In this document: positions 51,564 to 63,145 of the stretch, piece by piece
How positions within the stretch are numbered: the stretch's first letter is position 1
Layout of the letters: every line of letters starts with the position of its first letter
Assembly: GCA_026110335.1 (NCBI GenBank)
Contig: GCA_026110335.1_3055.1
DNA length: 64,000 nucleotides
Source: a phage
Strand: one strand, 5' to 3'
Position numbers and translations under genes: made by a program
The notes under the pieces: generated by a model
Told to the model about the DNA's origin: nothing
Database searches by the model: none
The model's input: only the letters and a program-made list of their open reading frames with translations

Positions 51564-54260
51564 TCAGCCAAACAGGAAGTCTAACGAAGCTTTTTCTTCA
51601 TAGTCCATGCCAGCTGATTCACACATACCCGCAAGCGGTTTAACAAACGATTTTTGGAACAAAGTTGAGTAGTCAATCCAAGACAATACATCAGAACGAA
51701 TTTCTTTTGGAAGTTCTGTACCCGACGGCCAAGCAATGCACTTATCACCAAATGGATTTCCTTCACGTAATGGAAGAACCATTACCTTATTTCCATCCAA
51801 AATTGGAGCTACACCTAGACCACTAACAGCTCGACGATAAGTTAGCACCCCACGAATGTGGAACGGGCATTTAAATCCTGGCCAACCTTTATCATCATAT
51901 TTCGCTATATCGTTCGCAGTTTTTACTTCAGCAATAACTTTATAGTCGAGTTGACGATATTCTTTCTCGAAGTTCTTGTAATATTCTTGGACAGACTCTT
52001 CACCTTCCTGAAGAATACGACGAATACTTTCTTCGAGAGCTTCTTGTACTGCTTTTGGTGTTGAACTCTGTTGAGTTTCCATACCCATGATTTTTAGATG
52101 CGGTTCAGCAAATCGCTTATCTTCCATATCATAAACGTTCAGAGCATAACGCTTTTTCGCTTTCCAAAATCCACCAACACCCTTTGAACCAAGTGGAGGG
52201 CAAGAAATAGCTTCACGGTCCATATGCATCAGATGCTCGCGGTTATTCATATAATCACATAACTCACGATATGCAACATCAATCATAGGTTCCATCTTTT
52301 TCTTACCGAACTGATTCATAAATTCAACCAAATCGTTCTGCTCTTTGAATCGGTCAAGACCAACTTTTTCAATAACTTTATCTACGCAAACATATACCGA
52401 ATCAGTATCACCTGCTGCAATGAAATCTTCATCATTAGTTCCGCATACTTTATTCAGATATTCATTAATTTTACGAGCAATCCACTGAATACCAACTTGG
52501 CCGAAAATTGTGATAGCAGTAGCATTTCGCAAATCATAGTAACGGAAATGAATATTACCAAGAGCACCATAAAGACTGTTAATAAGAATTTTACGGTTCA
52601 GCTGATTTGTATTAGCAAGTGTAGCAGCTTTTTCACATTCTTCAATCAGACTATTGAGAACAGATTCAGTATAATTCGATAGTTCATTTAAGAAATCATC
52701 ACTGAACTTAACATATCGTTCAACTTCTGGTTTAGTTGAACAAGACCCTGCGCCTTTCATAATAATCTTTTTAATAGCTTCGGCATTCATTTCTTCAGCG
52801 AACATTTTCTTTTTCCAATCTTTACGCTGGAAAAATACTTTAGCGATTTCCTTTGGAATGATACCTTCTTGATGCTTATCATACATCCATCCATTCGGAG
52901 AACAAGAATATTCATCACTCGGTTTAGGAGCTGTTCCTGCGATATATTCATGAATTGGATGAACTTTAAATTGTCCACGAATAGTCTCAGGACTAATGTT
53001 AACCTGACGAATAATGCTAGGATACAGAGACGTCAAGTCAAAACTCATAATATATCGACGAGCAATTGGTTTAGGTTCAAACACAAATGCACCCGGAAAA
53101 CTTTGTTTAACGTGCGAACCTTGTTGAGGAATAACCTTATGTTCACCTTTCAATGAGTTAAAAATAATAGCATCCCAAGTTTTAATAGGACTCATTACAC
53201 CAGAAAAAGGCATTTTAGCATAATAAGACATACTTAAAACTAGATCGATAAACCCGCGAATTTTATCAATTGCTTGAACTGATTCTACGTCAATGATGTT
53301 ATAACTAATGTATCGTTGATGATTAGTCTCACGAAGTTTATTAATAGGACCGTCGTATGGTAATTTACCTTTTTTGGTTTCATGTTGAGCAACTGATTCC
53401 AAAGAGAATGACGGCAAATTAGTAAATGCGAATTTCTTGTACAAATCTAAATAATCAAGAATAGATACGCCATCAATAGAATAAATTTCTTTGCTACCGT
53501 ACACATTTTGAATTAGTTTAGATTTTACCCGACCGATTGGAGAGAAACGTTTCATACTGCGTTCACCCAGAATCATTTTAACGCGATTCATGATATATGG
53601 AACGTCAAACCCCTCAATATTCCAACCAGTAAAAATAGCAGGTCGTTTCTGTTCCCAGAGATTGATATATTCCATGAGCATATCACGCTCATTATCGAAT
53701 GGCATATAAATTACTCGGTCAAGAATTTCTTGAGGAACTTCATCACCACCTTCACAGTCAAGCTTAGCAGCTAACTTTGCATCCCATTTTGATACTGAAC
53801 CGTACATTGAATTCAAAAGGTCGAAAACATAAAAACGATCGTCAATTGAATCGTAATGAGTGATAGCATCAATTTCATATTCTGCTTTCATTGGGTCAGG
53901 AAATTTATCACCAGTAACCTCAATGTCACAGTTAGCTATACGAACAAATTTTCGGTCATAAACAATTTCTGAACCATATGTATCACTGATATAAGCGAGT
54001 TTAAAATCGTTCATACCGAGAGCTTCGAGACCGATGTCTTCCATTCGCTTCATCCAATCTCGAGCATCTTTCATTGATGGAAATTTTTGAGGAGCGCAGT
54101 TTTTACCATAGATGTCTTTGTACTTTGACTCTTCCTTACAATGCCTAAACATAGTCGGAAGATATTCTACTTCACGAGTACGTTCCTTTCCATTTTCATC
54201 AATATAACGTTCAACAATGTTATTTCCGACTGTTTCAATAGAGATATAAAATTCTTTCAT
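51564..54260 (-). CDS. 43: DNA polymerase gp43 (family B)
   Basis: 898 aa; Exo I 'CDIEV', motif A 'DLTSLYPSII', 'KKRY', motif C 'GDTDS'; uninterrupted. Confidence 0.97.
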   Translation of the reverse strand: MKEFYISIETVGNNIVERYIDENGKERTREVEYLPTMFRHCKEESKYKDIYGKNCAPQKFPSMKDARDWMKRMEDIGLEALGMNDFKLAYISDTYGSEIVYDRKFVRIANCDIEVTGDKFPDPMKAEYEIDAITHYDSIDDRFYVFDLLNSMYGSVSKWDAKLAAKLDCEGGDEVPQEILDRVIYMPFDNERDMLMEYINLWEQKRPAIFTGWNIEGFDVPYIMNRVKMILGERSMKRFSPIGRVKSKLIQNVYGSKEIYSIDGVSILDYLDLYKKFAFTNLPSFSLESVAQHETKKGKLPYDGPINKLRETNHQRYISYNIIDVESVQAIDKIRGFIDLVLSMSYYAKMPFSGVMSPIKTWDAIIFNSLKGEHKVIPQQGSHVKQSFPGAFVFEPKPIARRYIMSFDLTSLYPSIIRQVNISPETIRGQFKVHPIHEYIAGTAPKPSDEYSCSPNGWMYDKHQEGIIPKEIAKVFFQRKDWKKKMFAEEMNAEAIKKIIMKGAGSCSTKPEVERYVKFSDDFLNELSNYTESVLNSLIEECEKAATLANTNQLNRKILINSLYGALGNIHFRYYDLRNATAITIFGQVGIQWIARKINEYLNKVCGTNDEDFIAAGDTDSVYVCVDKVIEKVGLDRFKEQNDLVEFMNQFGKKKMEPMIDVAYRELCDYMNNREHLMHMDREAISCPPLGSKGVGGFWKAKKRYALNVYDMEDKRFAEPHLKIMGMETQQSSTPKAVQEALEESIRRILQEGEESVQEYYKNFEKEYRQLDYKVIAEVKTANDIAKYDDKGWPGFKCPFHIRGVLTYRRAVSGLGVAPILDGNKVMVLPLREGNPFGDKCIAWPSGTELPKEIRSDVLSWIDYSTLFQKSFVKPLAGMCESAGMDYEEKASLDFLFG

Positions 54261-54338
54261 AGATATTCCTTAGTTTATAGCCCGAGTTATTAGGCTCTTG
54301 ATATATTATACTCCAAATAAGGGGCCGAAGCCCCTTGC

Positions 54339-54707
54339 TTAATTACCAATCGTATATTTAGGAACGAGTTTCCATTCATGTTTTTGTTTAAAAGAAATAA
54401 CTCGGAAGTTATTAGTTAAATCTTTCATAAAAGTTCTTTGACCAGGAACGATTTCAATCAGTCCCCAATCTTCTAATAGCCATGCAATCGAATCACGACG
54501 AACTTCATCTTCTTCTGTCATTTCAACTTGGCGACCATCCATACGAAGCATTTCTTTAAAATGAACGATATAGTATAGTCCTTTTTTCTGGAGAATGTGG
54601 CAGGACTGATACAGAACTTTATCTTTATTATTAGCAATTCCCATACGAGTCAAAGTTTCTTTTACTTTCAGAAAATCTTCAGGTTTTTTAAGAGTAATTT
54701 CAATCAT
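54339..54707 (-). CDS. regA: translational repressor RegA
   Basis: 122 aa; position between 62 and 43. Confidence 0.8.
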   Translation of the reverse strand: MIEITLKKPEDFLKVKETLTRMGIANNKDKVLYQSCHILQKKGLYYIVHFKEMLRMDGRQVEMTEEDEVRRDSIAWLLEDWGLIEIVPGQRTFMKDLTNNFRVISFKQKHEWKLVPKYTIGN

Positions 54708-54708
54708 T

Positions 54709-55272
54709 TTACCATTCCAATGCTAGTTTTTTGAGTTGTTTCTGTTCTTTTACGTTCTTAGTCACTTCTTTCAAAAAATCATCCGTGACTAAACCTTTTA
54801 GTTCTTTTAATACTAAAGGAAGTTTTCCATTTTTAGTAAGAATTGATTTATAGTTAATTGCATCATTTGTATTAACTTGATACCGCTTAGCAAGTAACTT
54901 AATAATCAATACTTCTGTGGAATCTTCAACCAGCTTTGCCCATTTACCATATCTTTTACCACGAGGAACTGCAGCCATCAGATAATTAAAATGAGCTTCA
55001 TCACTTAAGCCTGATCCAATTAAATTCATAGCATATACAGCTGGCATGCATTCAGGAAATTGTGATAATGCATTCTCAACCATGTATTTTGAATAATCTT
55101 TTTGAGCAATAGAGCATTTAGTTTTATTATTAATAGCTCCAATTATTTCAAAAAATTCATTTTCAGCTTTTTCCTTGAAAGAATCAGCAGCGGATTGGAC
55201 AGCTGTCCAATCTTTTGAATACCAAGCAACTTGATGCTCGTTTAATTGAATATCATCTTCAAATAAGCTCAT
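54709..55272 (-). CDS. 62: clamp loader small subunit gp62
   Basis: 187 aa from '[14 protein letters not shown]'; ATGA overlap with gene 44. Confidence 0.85.
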   Translation of the reverse strand: MSLFEDDIQLNEHQVAWYSKDWTAVQSAADSFKEKAENEFFEIIGAINNKTKCSIAQKDYSKYMVENALSQFPECMPAVYAMNLIGSGLSDEAHFNYLMAAVPRGKRYGKWAKLVEDSTEVLIIKLLAKRYQVNTNDAINYKSILTKNGKLPLVLKELKGLVTDDFLKEVTKNVKEQKQLKKLALEW

Positions 55273-55273
55273 A

Positions 55274-56233
55274 TCACTTCCACTGCATTTCACATGCCAA
55301 TTGAATGAAAAGATAAGCTAAATGTAATTCAGTATTAGCCGCAATTCCATGATACTGGTTATTTTCGCCGACAATTTCATACATACGAATAATGCTCTGT
55401 GGAGTTACACGTGAATAGATTTCTTCGGCAAGTTTACCAACAAACCAAGAATAATCTGCTGCATATTTTGGTGCTAAAGCTCTGAGTTGTTTAACATCTT
55501 TATTTTTGAGAGACTCAAGAACATCATCAATAGCACCACGATCGTTAGTAACCAGTGATAAAATACCAGCATCCAAAACACCTTTAGATGAATAACTATC
55601 GAGCTCGCCAATAGTTTTACGAAAATCAGGAAAATTCTTTTTAACCAAAGCTGCTACAACTTTCATATCAGCTATAGCAATTCCTTCACGCTTGCAGATT
55701 TCAGTCAACCGACGAATCATCTGCTTCATCATTTCAATTTTATCTTCATCGGTCGGTTGACCGAATGTGATAACTCGACAGCGTGACTGAAGCGGTTTAA
55801 TAATACCATCAATATTGTTAGCAGTAATAATAATACTACAGTTTGAACTATAAGCTTCCATAAAGGAACGAAGATGTCGCTGAGACTCTGCTAAACCTGA
55901 ACGGTCAAATTCATCAATAACGATTACTTTTTGACGACCATCAAATGAAGCTGCACTAGCAAAATTAGTCAAAGGACCACGAACGAAATCAATTTTACAA
56001 TCTGACCCATTCACAAACATCATATCAGCATTTACATCATGACACAATGCTTTTGCTACAGTTGTTTTACCTGTTCCTGGAGAAGGAGAATGAAGAATAA
56101 TATGTGGAATCTTACCTTTACTTGTAATAGATTTAAAGGTTTCTTTATCAAAGGCGGGAAGAATACATTCATCGATAGTAGATGGACGATATTTCTGTTC
56201 AAGAATGTGTTCTTTTTCATTTACAGTAATCAT
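55274..56233 (-). CDS. 44: clamp loader ATPase gp44
   Basis: 319 aa from 'MITVNEKE'; Walker A 'GTGKTT', 'DEFD' Walker B. Confidence 0.9.
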   Translation of the reverse strand: MITVNEKEHILEQKYRPSTIDECILPAFDKETFKSITSKGKIPHIILHSPSPGTGKTTVAKALCHDVNADMMFVNGSDCKIDFVRGPLTNFASAASFDGRQKVIVIDEFDRSGLAESQRHLRSFMEAYSSNCSIIITANNIDGIIKPLQSRCRVITFGQPTDEDKIEMMKQMIRRLTEICKREGIAIADMKVVAALVKKNFPDFRKTIGELDSYSSKGVLDAGILSLVTNDRGAIDDVLESLKNKDVKQLRALAPKYAADYSWFVGKLAEEIYSRVTPQSIIRMYEIVGENNQYHGIAANTELHLAYLFIQLACEMQWK

Positions 56234-56284
56234 AATTTCCTCATTCAAGTTTTAGTGTAAATTATAAAGGGCCGAAGCCCTCTA

Positions 56285-56971
56285 TTAAAAATCGTGGGTA
56301 GAATCAGCTTCAAGAGCTACTACATAATTCGCGTGTTCACCTTCAAATTTAGCAGCACCTTGTTTACCTTTTGCCCAGAGCAGAAGTTTATAATTTCCTG
56401 GTTGCATTTTCATATTTGCCATATTGATAATGAAATTAAATGTATTTTCACCATCATAATCACCAAGAGTCAAAGAATATTTAACACGGGTCAAAGCAGA
56501 ATCTTCTACTTTATTAAAACCGTTAATTACGATTTTACCTTCTTTTACTGTGATAGCAATTGTATCAATTTGCAGACCACGAGATACACGCAACAGCTGT
56601 TGAAGGTCTTCAGCTTTAATTTCAGTAACAACAGATGCTACCGGGAATGGAATTGGTTTATTAGGAGCAACTACTGTACTCGGATCGGCTGCTGGCCAAA
56701 AAATTGTTGAGCGGGCATCAGCAATTTTAATATTTCCATCTTCTGACTGTGAAATTTCTGCATCATCATTAACTAGAGACAGAATACCGAGAAAACCGTT
56801 CAAATCGTAAATTGCTACATCAAAATCAATAACGTCAGAAATATTTGCTTCCGCATAAGTTGTACCATTAACTGCGCGAGTCATAATAAATTGACCGGAT
56901 TTAAGCATAATGCCAGAGTTAATAGTAGCGAAATTTTTCAGCAGAGCAGTAGTATCTTTAGACAGTTTCAT
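56285..56971 (-). CDS. 45: sliding clamp gp45
   Basis: 228 aa; matches T4 gp45 as recalled. Confidence 0.9.
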   Translation of the reverse strand: MKLSKDTTALLKNFATINSGIMLKSGQFIMTRAVNGTTYAEANISDVIDFDVAIYDLNGFLGILSLVNDDAEISQSEDGNIKIADARSTIFWPAADPSTVVAPNKPIPFPVASVVTEIKAEDLQQLLRVSRGLQIDTIAITVKEGKIVINGFNKVEDSALTRVKYSLTLGDYDGENTFNFIINMANMKMQPGNYKLLLWAKGKQGAAKFEGEHANYVVALEADSTHDF

Positions 56972-57026
56972 GTAATTTCCTTCAATTCAAATGAGATTTA
57001 ATTTTATAACTAATTTAATAAAGCAA

Positions 57027-57416
57027 TTAACGATTAAAATCAGCCGCAATTGTTTCAGCAACAATTTGAGCAGCAACAATTAGACGTTCATCTGCATTAC
57101 CGCAATAATCATCTTCAAGGCGTTCACCACATGAAGTCATAATAAATTTAGCACCGGCGTTTAGGGATTCTGTAGTATGTTTGCGCATTAGTTCAATCCA
57201 TTTATTACTTACTTCACGATCGATAGCTTCATAATACGCATGACGAGCAGGTGCAGATTTAATTTTGTTCTGAATAACTTCCATTGCGTTATCAGAAAGA
57301 GACAAAACCCATGCGCGACGAATTTTATTTTGGTTTTGTGGATTTGATTCAGAACGCACGTGTTTTGGCTGAATATCTTTTACATCAACAGTATAATTCA
57401 CAGTAATTTTAGTCAT
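57027..57416 (-). CDS. rpbA: RNA polymerase-binding protein RpbA
   Basis: 129 aa from '[10 protein letters not shown]'; position downstream of 45. Confidence 0.7.
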
Positions 57417-57426
57417 AATACAACCT

Positions 57427-57615
57427 TTAGTCATAATAATCAGTAACAGTCCAAGCTTCATTTCTGTTGGACATTATTTTCGTATATTCTGATTTAAATG
57501 CATTCTTAAGCATAGATTCAGTAACTATATGCTCTTCATTAGAAAAATTATTTCTCAGAATATATCGTTTTATTTCAGGAAAAGTTAATAAATGCTGTCC
57601 AGTTGAATATTCCAT
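57427..57615 (-). CDS. hypothetical protein (45.2-like)
   Basis: 62 aa. Confidence 0.45.
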
Positions 57616-57670
57616 GTTTTTCCTCCATAGAGATTATACTCTAATAAATTAAAGCATAATCTCTTATAAA

Positions 57671-59353
57671 TTAAACCATTACAGTAAATCGACCAACTTT
57701 CTTCATTTGAAGATGCTGACCATATTCTTGTGGGTCATGGTCTTTATGCGAAATTATAAAGACATTAGTGTTTTTCATTGAATTTATAATATTAGCTACA
57801 CCTTTAATACCTTCGGCATCAAATGACCCATCAAACACTTCATCAAGAATTAATGTACTAATACTAACACCAGATACGATAGAAGCAATATCACGCCAAG
57901 TAAATAAAAGAGCAATATCGATTCGTGCCTTTTCACCTTCACTAAATGAAGCATAACTAAAATCTTCACGACCACGGGATTTAATTGTCTCATTAAATTC
58001 TTCATCTAATGTAAACACATAATCCGCTTCCATTATTTTAAGATAATGGTTAATCTGCTTATTAAATAATGGAATGTACTTTTTAATAATAGCACCTTTA
58101 ATACCAGAATCTTTGAGCATATCAGTCAAAATTCCTCGGTGGTATTTTTCCATTACTAAATTAGTTTTTGTCTTAACAATTTTATCAAGTTCTTCTTGAA
58201 GCAGTGCTATTTCATCAGCATGGTCAATAAACTCAGAAGATGCTTTTTCTATAGCTGCTTTAACCTTTTTAGCTTTATCTACTGCTGCGATCAGAGATTG
58301 CTTTTTATTGCGAATATCATTTGCCAACGTCTGCTGGGTTTTAATATTATCTCGGTATTCATCAACAAGAACTTTTAAATTATCACGATGTGTTGAAAGC
58401 TGTTCAAACGAATGCGTGCATTCAGAAACTTTATCTTTAATTTTAGAAACAACTTTATCACCGGAACTTAATTGTGACAAACAGGTTGGACATAATCCAC
58501 CTTCGTGATACATATTAATGACTTTATTATACGAGTCAATTTTTGATTTAATTAAAAATGCTTCTTGACCGATTTTATTAAATGCATCAGTCGGGTCTTC
58601 ATCCAAAACAATATTAACTAATCTTTCATTAGCTTCTTCTATTTCCGATTTTAGCGTTCTAGCTTCCTTTGCCAAATCGTCATACATATTCTGCAGACGA
58701 GTAAGGTTTTCACCAGACAATTTTTTCTGGCGTTCAACATTATCGTTATATATTTTAATTTGTTGGATAATACTATCTTTTTTAACATCAAGCACTTGGT
58801 TCTGCGAATTTAATTCACGTATTAGTGCTTTATTAAGCTTATCCATTTCAGCTAATGTTCCTACCTCAAGCAGGTCTTCCACAAGCTTTCTTCGCGCAGG
58901 GGTCGACAAACCCATGAAAGGGGTATACCCTGCTGTACCAAGGACAACAATCTGCTTGAAACTGGCATATGACATTCCGATAAGCTGTTCAAATTCTGCT
59001 TGGAAATCTTTACTGCTGGCAGATTCATTAAGACGTGTACCGTTAACGGTGATTTCGAAAACGTTCGGTTTTTGTCCTCTTTTAATATAGTACTTTTTCT
59101 CATCATATTCCATCCACAGTTCAACTAAAAGTTCTTTCTTATTTGTGCTGTTTATTAATTGACCTTTCTTTACATCACGAAATGGCTTGCCAAAAAGACC
59201 AAATGTGATGGCTTCTAGCATAGTAGACTTACCACCGCCATTTCGTCCAGTAATAAGAGTTTTTTGAACCTTATCTAATTGAATGTCAATCCCATTTTGA
59301 CCAACTGACATTATATTTTTATATTTTACTCTATTAAGTTTAAAATTCTTCAC
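57671..59353 (-). CDS. 46: recombination nuclease subunit gp46 (Rad50/SbcC-like)
   Basis: 560 aa; Walker A 'GRNGGGKST'; zinc hook 'CPTC'; coiled-coil. Confidence 0.9.
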   Translation of the reverse strand: MKNFKLNRVKYKNIMSVGQNGIDIQLDKVQKTLITGRNGGGKSTMLEAITFGLFGKPFRDVKKGQLINSTNKKELLVELWMEYDEKKYYIKRGQKPNVFEITVNGTRLNESASSKDFQAEFEQLIGMSYASFKQIVVLGTAGYTPFMGLSTPARRKLVEDLLEVGTLAEMDKLNKALIRELNSQNQVLDVKKDSIIQQIKIYNDNVERQKKLSGENLTRLQNMYDDLAKEARTLKSEIEEANERLVNIVLDEDPTDAFNKIGQEAFLIKSKIDSYNKVINMYHEGGLCPTCLSQLSSGDKVVSKIKDKVSECTHSFEQLSTHRDNLKVLVDEYRDNIKTQQTLANDIRNKKQSLIAAVDKAKKVKAAIEKASSEFIDHADEIALLQEELDKIVKTKTNLVMEKYHRGILTDMLKDSGIKGAIIKKYIPLFNKQINHYLKIMEADYVFTLDEEFNETIKSRGREDFSYASFSEGEKARIDIALLFTWRDIASIVSGVSISTLILDEVFDGSFDAEGIKGVANIINSMKNTNVFIISHKDHDPQEYGQHLQMKKVGRFTVMV

Positions 59354-59613
59354 AAAAGATTCCTTTTAATGTATCTTTTAGACCATTCTATCATATCATC
59401 ATAATCTAAAAAGTATTCATCAAATTCAGCCATGCAAACAACACCTTGTGCTGTTTTTGATGTAATATAAATTATTCCAACATATCTAGAATCTTCTTCG
59501 GTGTAATCAATGTTTGCTATGAATTCATCATTAATATCAAATGTCGAAAACTTCACAGTATGCATCCTTAATACAAGATACGGCCATATCTCGCAACGAT
59601 TTAGGTGTGTCAT
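59350..59613 (-). CDS. hypothetical protein (46.1-like)
   Basis: 87 aa. Confidence 0.45.
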   Translation of the reverse strand: MTHLNRCEIWPYLVLRMHTVKFSTFDINDEFIANIDYTEEDSRYVGIIYITSKTAQGVVCMAEFDEYFLDYDDMIEWSKRYIKRNLL

Positions 59614-59800
59614 TATCTAAAATGTTGAAGTTAAAAGATACTGCCCAGTCAGTGCAGACTGTAACCTTTTTAATACAATTATCTTCAACTTCTAGTGGTT
59701 CAAACCAATATTCAATAATTTCTTTATGTCCAATATCATCTTTTACTTCGCATTCAAAATGCTGACTCATCATAACATTTTTAAATTCATCAAAAGTCAT
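59537..59800 (-). CDS. hypothetical protein (46.2-like)
   Basis: 87 aa; overlaps previous ORF in another frame. Confidence 0.45.
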   Translation of the reverse strand: MTFDEFKNVMMSQHFECEVKDDIGHKEIIEYWFEPLEVEDNCIKKVTVCTDWAVSFNFNILDNDTPKSLRDMAVSCIKDAYCEVFDI

Positions 59801-60816
59801 TGTGTTGCCTCTACATATAGCTGATTTGCATATTGAATAAGTGCTTCACGGTCAGAATCAGTGATGTCTGGAATTGCATTAATGTATTCTTCCATCAACG
59901 TCTGAAGAGATTGAACTTCAACTTCTTCACTGTCATCTGACTCGACAGAGTTATCAATTTTTGACACAACTCGTAATGAATGCACAACTTTTTCTAGTTC
60001 AGATTCGAACTTCGTTAGATTTTTGTCTACTTCAGTTACTATAACACGTACTGATAGATTTGTAAAATCTTTATAATCAATTTTTCCTTTAAATGGATAA
60101 TGAATTCTACGATGCCAGGTAGTGTTGTTTGGAATAAATTCCATTCGTTCTGTTTCTGTATCAAACATCCAGAACCCACGAGGGTCATTCTCGTCACCTG
60201 CAGTTAGTGTCCATGGTGTCCCAATATATCTGACGTTAGCAGCCTCAGAGATAGTATGGAAGTGACCAGACCACACTTCTTTATAAGTCTTAAGGAAATC
60301 AGGTTCAAGACCGTGAGATTTCATTCCTTTATAAAAATAAAATCCATTCAGTTCCCAGTGACCAACGCAAAAAGAAGCAGATGAAGTTTTGATGTGCTCA
60401 AGAATTTCACCAGTATTTTCTTCGCACATCCACGGAATTAAATCAATTAAACATCCGTCAAAATCTACTGTAGTAGGCTTATCATATACTTTAACATTAG
60501 GATATTTAGCCAAAAGCTCAGTAGAGGCATTTGGATGCATTACATTTTTGTAGTGGAGATCGTGATTTCCTACAATAGTATGTAATGTGATTCCAGCACC
60601 ATCAAGCATTTGAACTATTTCACGGGCAAACTCCATAGTTTTATGCGTGATCGCTTTTCGCACATCAAAAATATCACCGTATTGAATCCATACCGTAATT
60701 CCATTTTTCTTAGAATATTCTATCGCTTGCTTAATTCCATCAATTTGAATACCGCGAATCCACTCATCATCAGCTTTAACGCCTAAATGCCAATCACCTA
60801 AATTTAAAATTTTCAT
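59797..60816 (-). CDS. 47: recombination nuclease subunit gp47 (Mre11/SbcD-like)
   Basis: 339 aa; phosphoesterase motifs 'GDWHLG', 'GNHD'. Confidence 0.9.
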   Translation of the reverse strand: MKILNLGDWHLGVKADDEWIRGIQIDGIKQAIEYSKKNGITVWIQYGDIFDVRKAITHKTMEFAREIVQMLDGAGITLHTIVGNHDLHYKNVMHPNASTELLAKYPNVKVYDKPTTVDFDGCLIDLIPWMCEENTGEILEHIKTSSASFCVGHWELNGFYFYKGMKSHGLEPDFLKTYKEVWSGHFHTISEAANVRYIGTPWTLTAGDENDPRGFWMFDTETERMEFIPNNTTWHRRIHYPFKGKIDYKDFTNLSVRVIVTEVDKNLTKFESELEKVVHSLRVVSKIDNSVESDDSEEVEVQSLQTLMEEYINAIPDITDSDREALIQYANQLYVEATQ

Positions 60817-60953
60817 ATATCAAGAACCGTCATTGAAATGCAAAATAAAATTATTGAAATAAACCCATCTGGTGTGCTAAAGAAACCAATCCAGCATGCT
60901 CTAGTGAATAGATAAAATGCAAGAAAAAGTATCACATATCCAAGAAATATCAT
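60813..60953 (-). CDS. hypothetical 46-aa membrane peptide (47.1-like)
   Basis: 'MIFLGYVILFLAFYLF'; GGAG SD; stop overlaps gene 47 start. Confidence 0.4.
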   Translation of the reverse strand: MIFLGYVILFLAFYLFTRACWIGFFSTPDGFISIILFCISMTVLDI

Positions 60954-60992
60954 TATATCAAACTCCATATAAAGCTAAAGGGCCGAAGCCCT

Positions 60993-62195
60993 TTATTTTG
61001 TAATAATGTCAAACTGCTCTTTAAAGCAGAAGCTTGAATCTTGATGCTGATACAAAAATTCATATGCTTTTTCGCGTTCGCGGTCATAAAGAGTTCGGTC
61101 AGATGACAGTTCTTTAATACGTTCAAATGTTGGTTCCATGTCATTTTCATCAAACCAAACGATACCGCTATCATGCGAGGTCAAAGGAGTATTATCAACA
61201 CGGAATTTTAAATTATCACCCGTTGATTTCCAGAAAACAGGAATTGTTCCACATGCACCAAGCTCGAGATGAGTATATTCGAGTGAGCGTTGTAAGTATT
61301 TCTGGTTAAGTTTACTCAACTGATATCCAAAGCCAGATTTACTCATTCGTTCAAGCATTTCACTATTAATATAACAATCTAGGATTTGTGCCGGTTGATT
61401 CGGCGCGAGATTCATTTTATCAATCTCACGATTACCGTAATATTCATACGGAATACCTTTTTCCTTAATTGCAATAAAAGCAGGGGAACGTTCAAGACCT
61501 TCCATTACAGTGGATTTACCAGCAGGTTTTAAGAATTTTTCATGAAAATCAAACATCTGATAAAAACCTTTCCATGTAGTCGTACGACCAATCCAACGGT
61601 TGATGTTCATGTTAATTTCAGAAACATCTTTCCAATAAGTTGACCGAACCTTCGCAATATCCATAGGAGGCTGAAAATTATATACTGTTGGTGCTTCTTC
61701 AATATCATCAAACAGAGAAACAGTTTCTGGATACCATTCTTTCATCAGAACTTTATTAAAATCACCATTATCAGAATGGCTAAAAATAACGTCAGCTCGA
61801 CGAACAGTTTCTTCTAATCCCAAATTTCGACGCAAAGAAAGCACAGAATGATCATGCTGATAAACTACAACACGAATAGAAGGTTTAATATTATCTAAAA
61901 GTTTTTTATAGTTATTAATCGTAGCTTCTTGAACGGAAGTAGCAGGAACAGAATTAATAATTAGAATATCACAATCATTTACCAGCTTAAGTGCTTTATC
62001 GTATTCTTTAGCTAAAATAACTGGAATTGAAAATGATTTGTGGTCATGAGAACTTGTACGAGTAAATGATTTATCTTTAGCATAAACCAAAGTTACTTCA
62101 TGACCATTTTTAATAAACCAATCACGCTGCTCAAGAGAAAATTTAGTTACACCGCAACCTTCAAGACCCCGAGCCAGAAAAATGCATACTTTCAT
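60993..62195 (-). CDS. agt: alpha-glucosyltransferase (candidate)
   Basis: 400 aa; position between 47 and 55; length as recalled for T4 alpha-gt. Confidence 0.75.
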   Translation of the reverse strand: MKVCIFLARGLEGCGVTKFSLEQRDWFIKNGHEVTLVYAKDKSFTRTSSHDHKSFSIPVILAKEYDKALKLVNDCDILIINSVPATSVQEATINNYKKLLDNIKPSIRVVVYQHDHSVLSLRRNLGLEETVRRADVIFSHSDNGDFNKVLMKEWYPETVSLFDDIEEAPTVYNFQPPMDIAKVRSTYWKDVSEINMNINRWIGRTTTWKGFYQMFDFHEKFLKPAGKSTVMEGLERSPAFIAIKEKGIPYEYYGNREIDKMNLAPNQPAQILDCYINSEMLERMSKSGFGYQLSKLNQKYLQRSLEYTHLELGACGTIPVFWKSTGDNLKFRVDNTPLTSHDSGIVWFDENDMEPTFERIKELSSDRTLYDREREKAYEFLYQHQDSSFCFKEQFDIITK

Positions 62196-62262
62196 TTAAT
62201 ATCCTCTTTGTTTTGGTTTATTTTATCAAAAAATTTATAAAGCAATATAGGAGCCGAAGCTC

Positions 62263-62451
62263 CTATCCGCATAATACGCCATATAGAGGCTCATTTGAAC
62301 TTTTAAATCGAATGGGCTTGTACGTAATAGTTCCTTCGGCTTTAGCTTTATCATAAGACTCTTTAAAACGTCTCATTCTTTCTGCTTTGCCTTTACGGAT
62401 TTTATCGAAATTTTCAGAAGTCTGGTGTTCATCTTTCACAGTTGCCACCAT
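62263..62451 (-). CDS. hypothetical protein
   Basis: 62 aa; basic. Confidence 0.4.
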   Translation of the reverse strand: MVATVKDEHQTSENFDKIRKGKAERMRRFKESYDKAKAEGTITYKPIRFKSSNEPLYGVLCG

Positions 62452-62642
62452 TTTTTGACTTGATAAGAATCAACCCACACTTTCATATTAGGGTCTGCTC
62501 TTACAATAGGAGGATTAACTTCTTTAATTGAACTATCATGGTATTCTTTTTCAGAAATTTTCACACAAAGATGACCATTCAAAGATTCAGTAAATCCTGC
62601 ATTAATTTTAAGACGCTTGAATTTTACATGTGTAAGCATCAA
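62436..62642 (-). CDS. hypothetical protein
   Basis: 68 aa. Confidence 0.4.
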   Translation of the reverse strand: MMLTHVKFKRLKINAGFTESLNGHLCVKISEKEYHDSSIKEVNPPIVRADPNMKVWVDSYQVKKWWQL

Positions 62643-62925
62643 TCATATCCTCAATTTGCGATCTAGTAGTCTTCCAAAGAATACTGATGAGTTCATCGTT
62701 ATATGGCTGTTTTAGAATATCCCGACTTTTCTTGATAGCATATTCGTATTGAGCAAAATTATTATTTTCAGCTGCGATCTGAGCGTGCTTATAAAGACGA
62801 TTCAGTTCGCGTTTGTTTTTAGACAATAACTTATTTGCTTTTCTTTCTGCTTCAAGACGGTTCTTTTCTTCAATAGAAGAAATAAGCTTTTCCACTTCAT
62901 CATTAATTTCGGGTTTATCAGTCAT
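62608..62925 (-). CDS. hypothetical protein
   Basis: 105 aa; helical, charged. Confidence 0.45.
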   Translation of the reverse strand: MTDKPEINDEVEKLISSIEEKNRLEAERKANKLLSKNKRELNRLYKHAQIAAENNNFAQYEYAIKKSRDILKQPYNDELISILWKTTRSQIEDMIDAYTCKIQAS

Positions 62926-62926
62926 A

Positions 62927-63145
62927 TTATTTCTCTAATATAAAATAAAAATCATCATCTGTTAAATGATACCGATAGTTTAATTCTACACCATTAGATT
63001 TAAAAGCGGTATCATACGGATTTTCTGGATCAATATCAATGTCAAGAGCTAAAACTTCCCTGAGATACATTTTAAGTAAATAGGGAATAGCTTCAACTTC
63101 AGGTATTTCTTCCAAGAATCCGGAGAGGTTAATCGTTAGCCTCAT
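62927..63145 (-). CDS. hypothetical protein
   Basis: 72 aa. Confidence 0.45.

Noticed and set aside
60979-60992. Hairpins followed by T-runs on the plus strand read as plus-strand terminators
   Set aside because: No plus-strand genes are nearby; the loops read UUCG on the minus strand, so they belong to minus-strand transcripts
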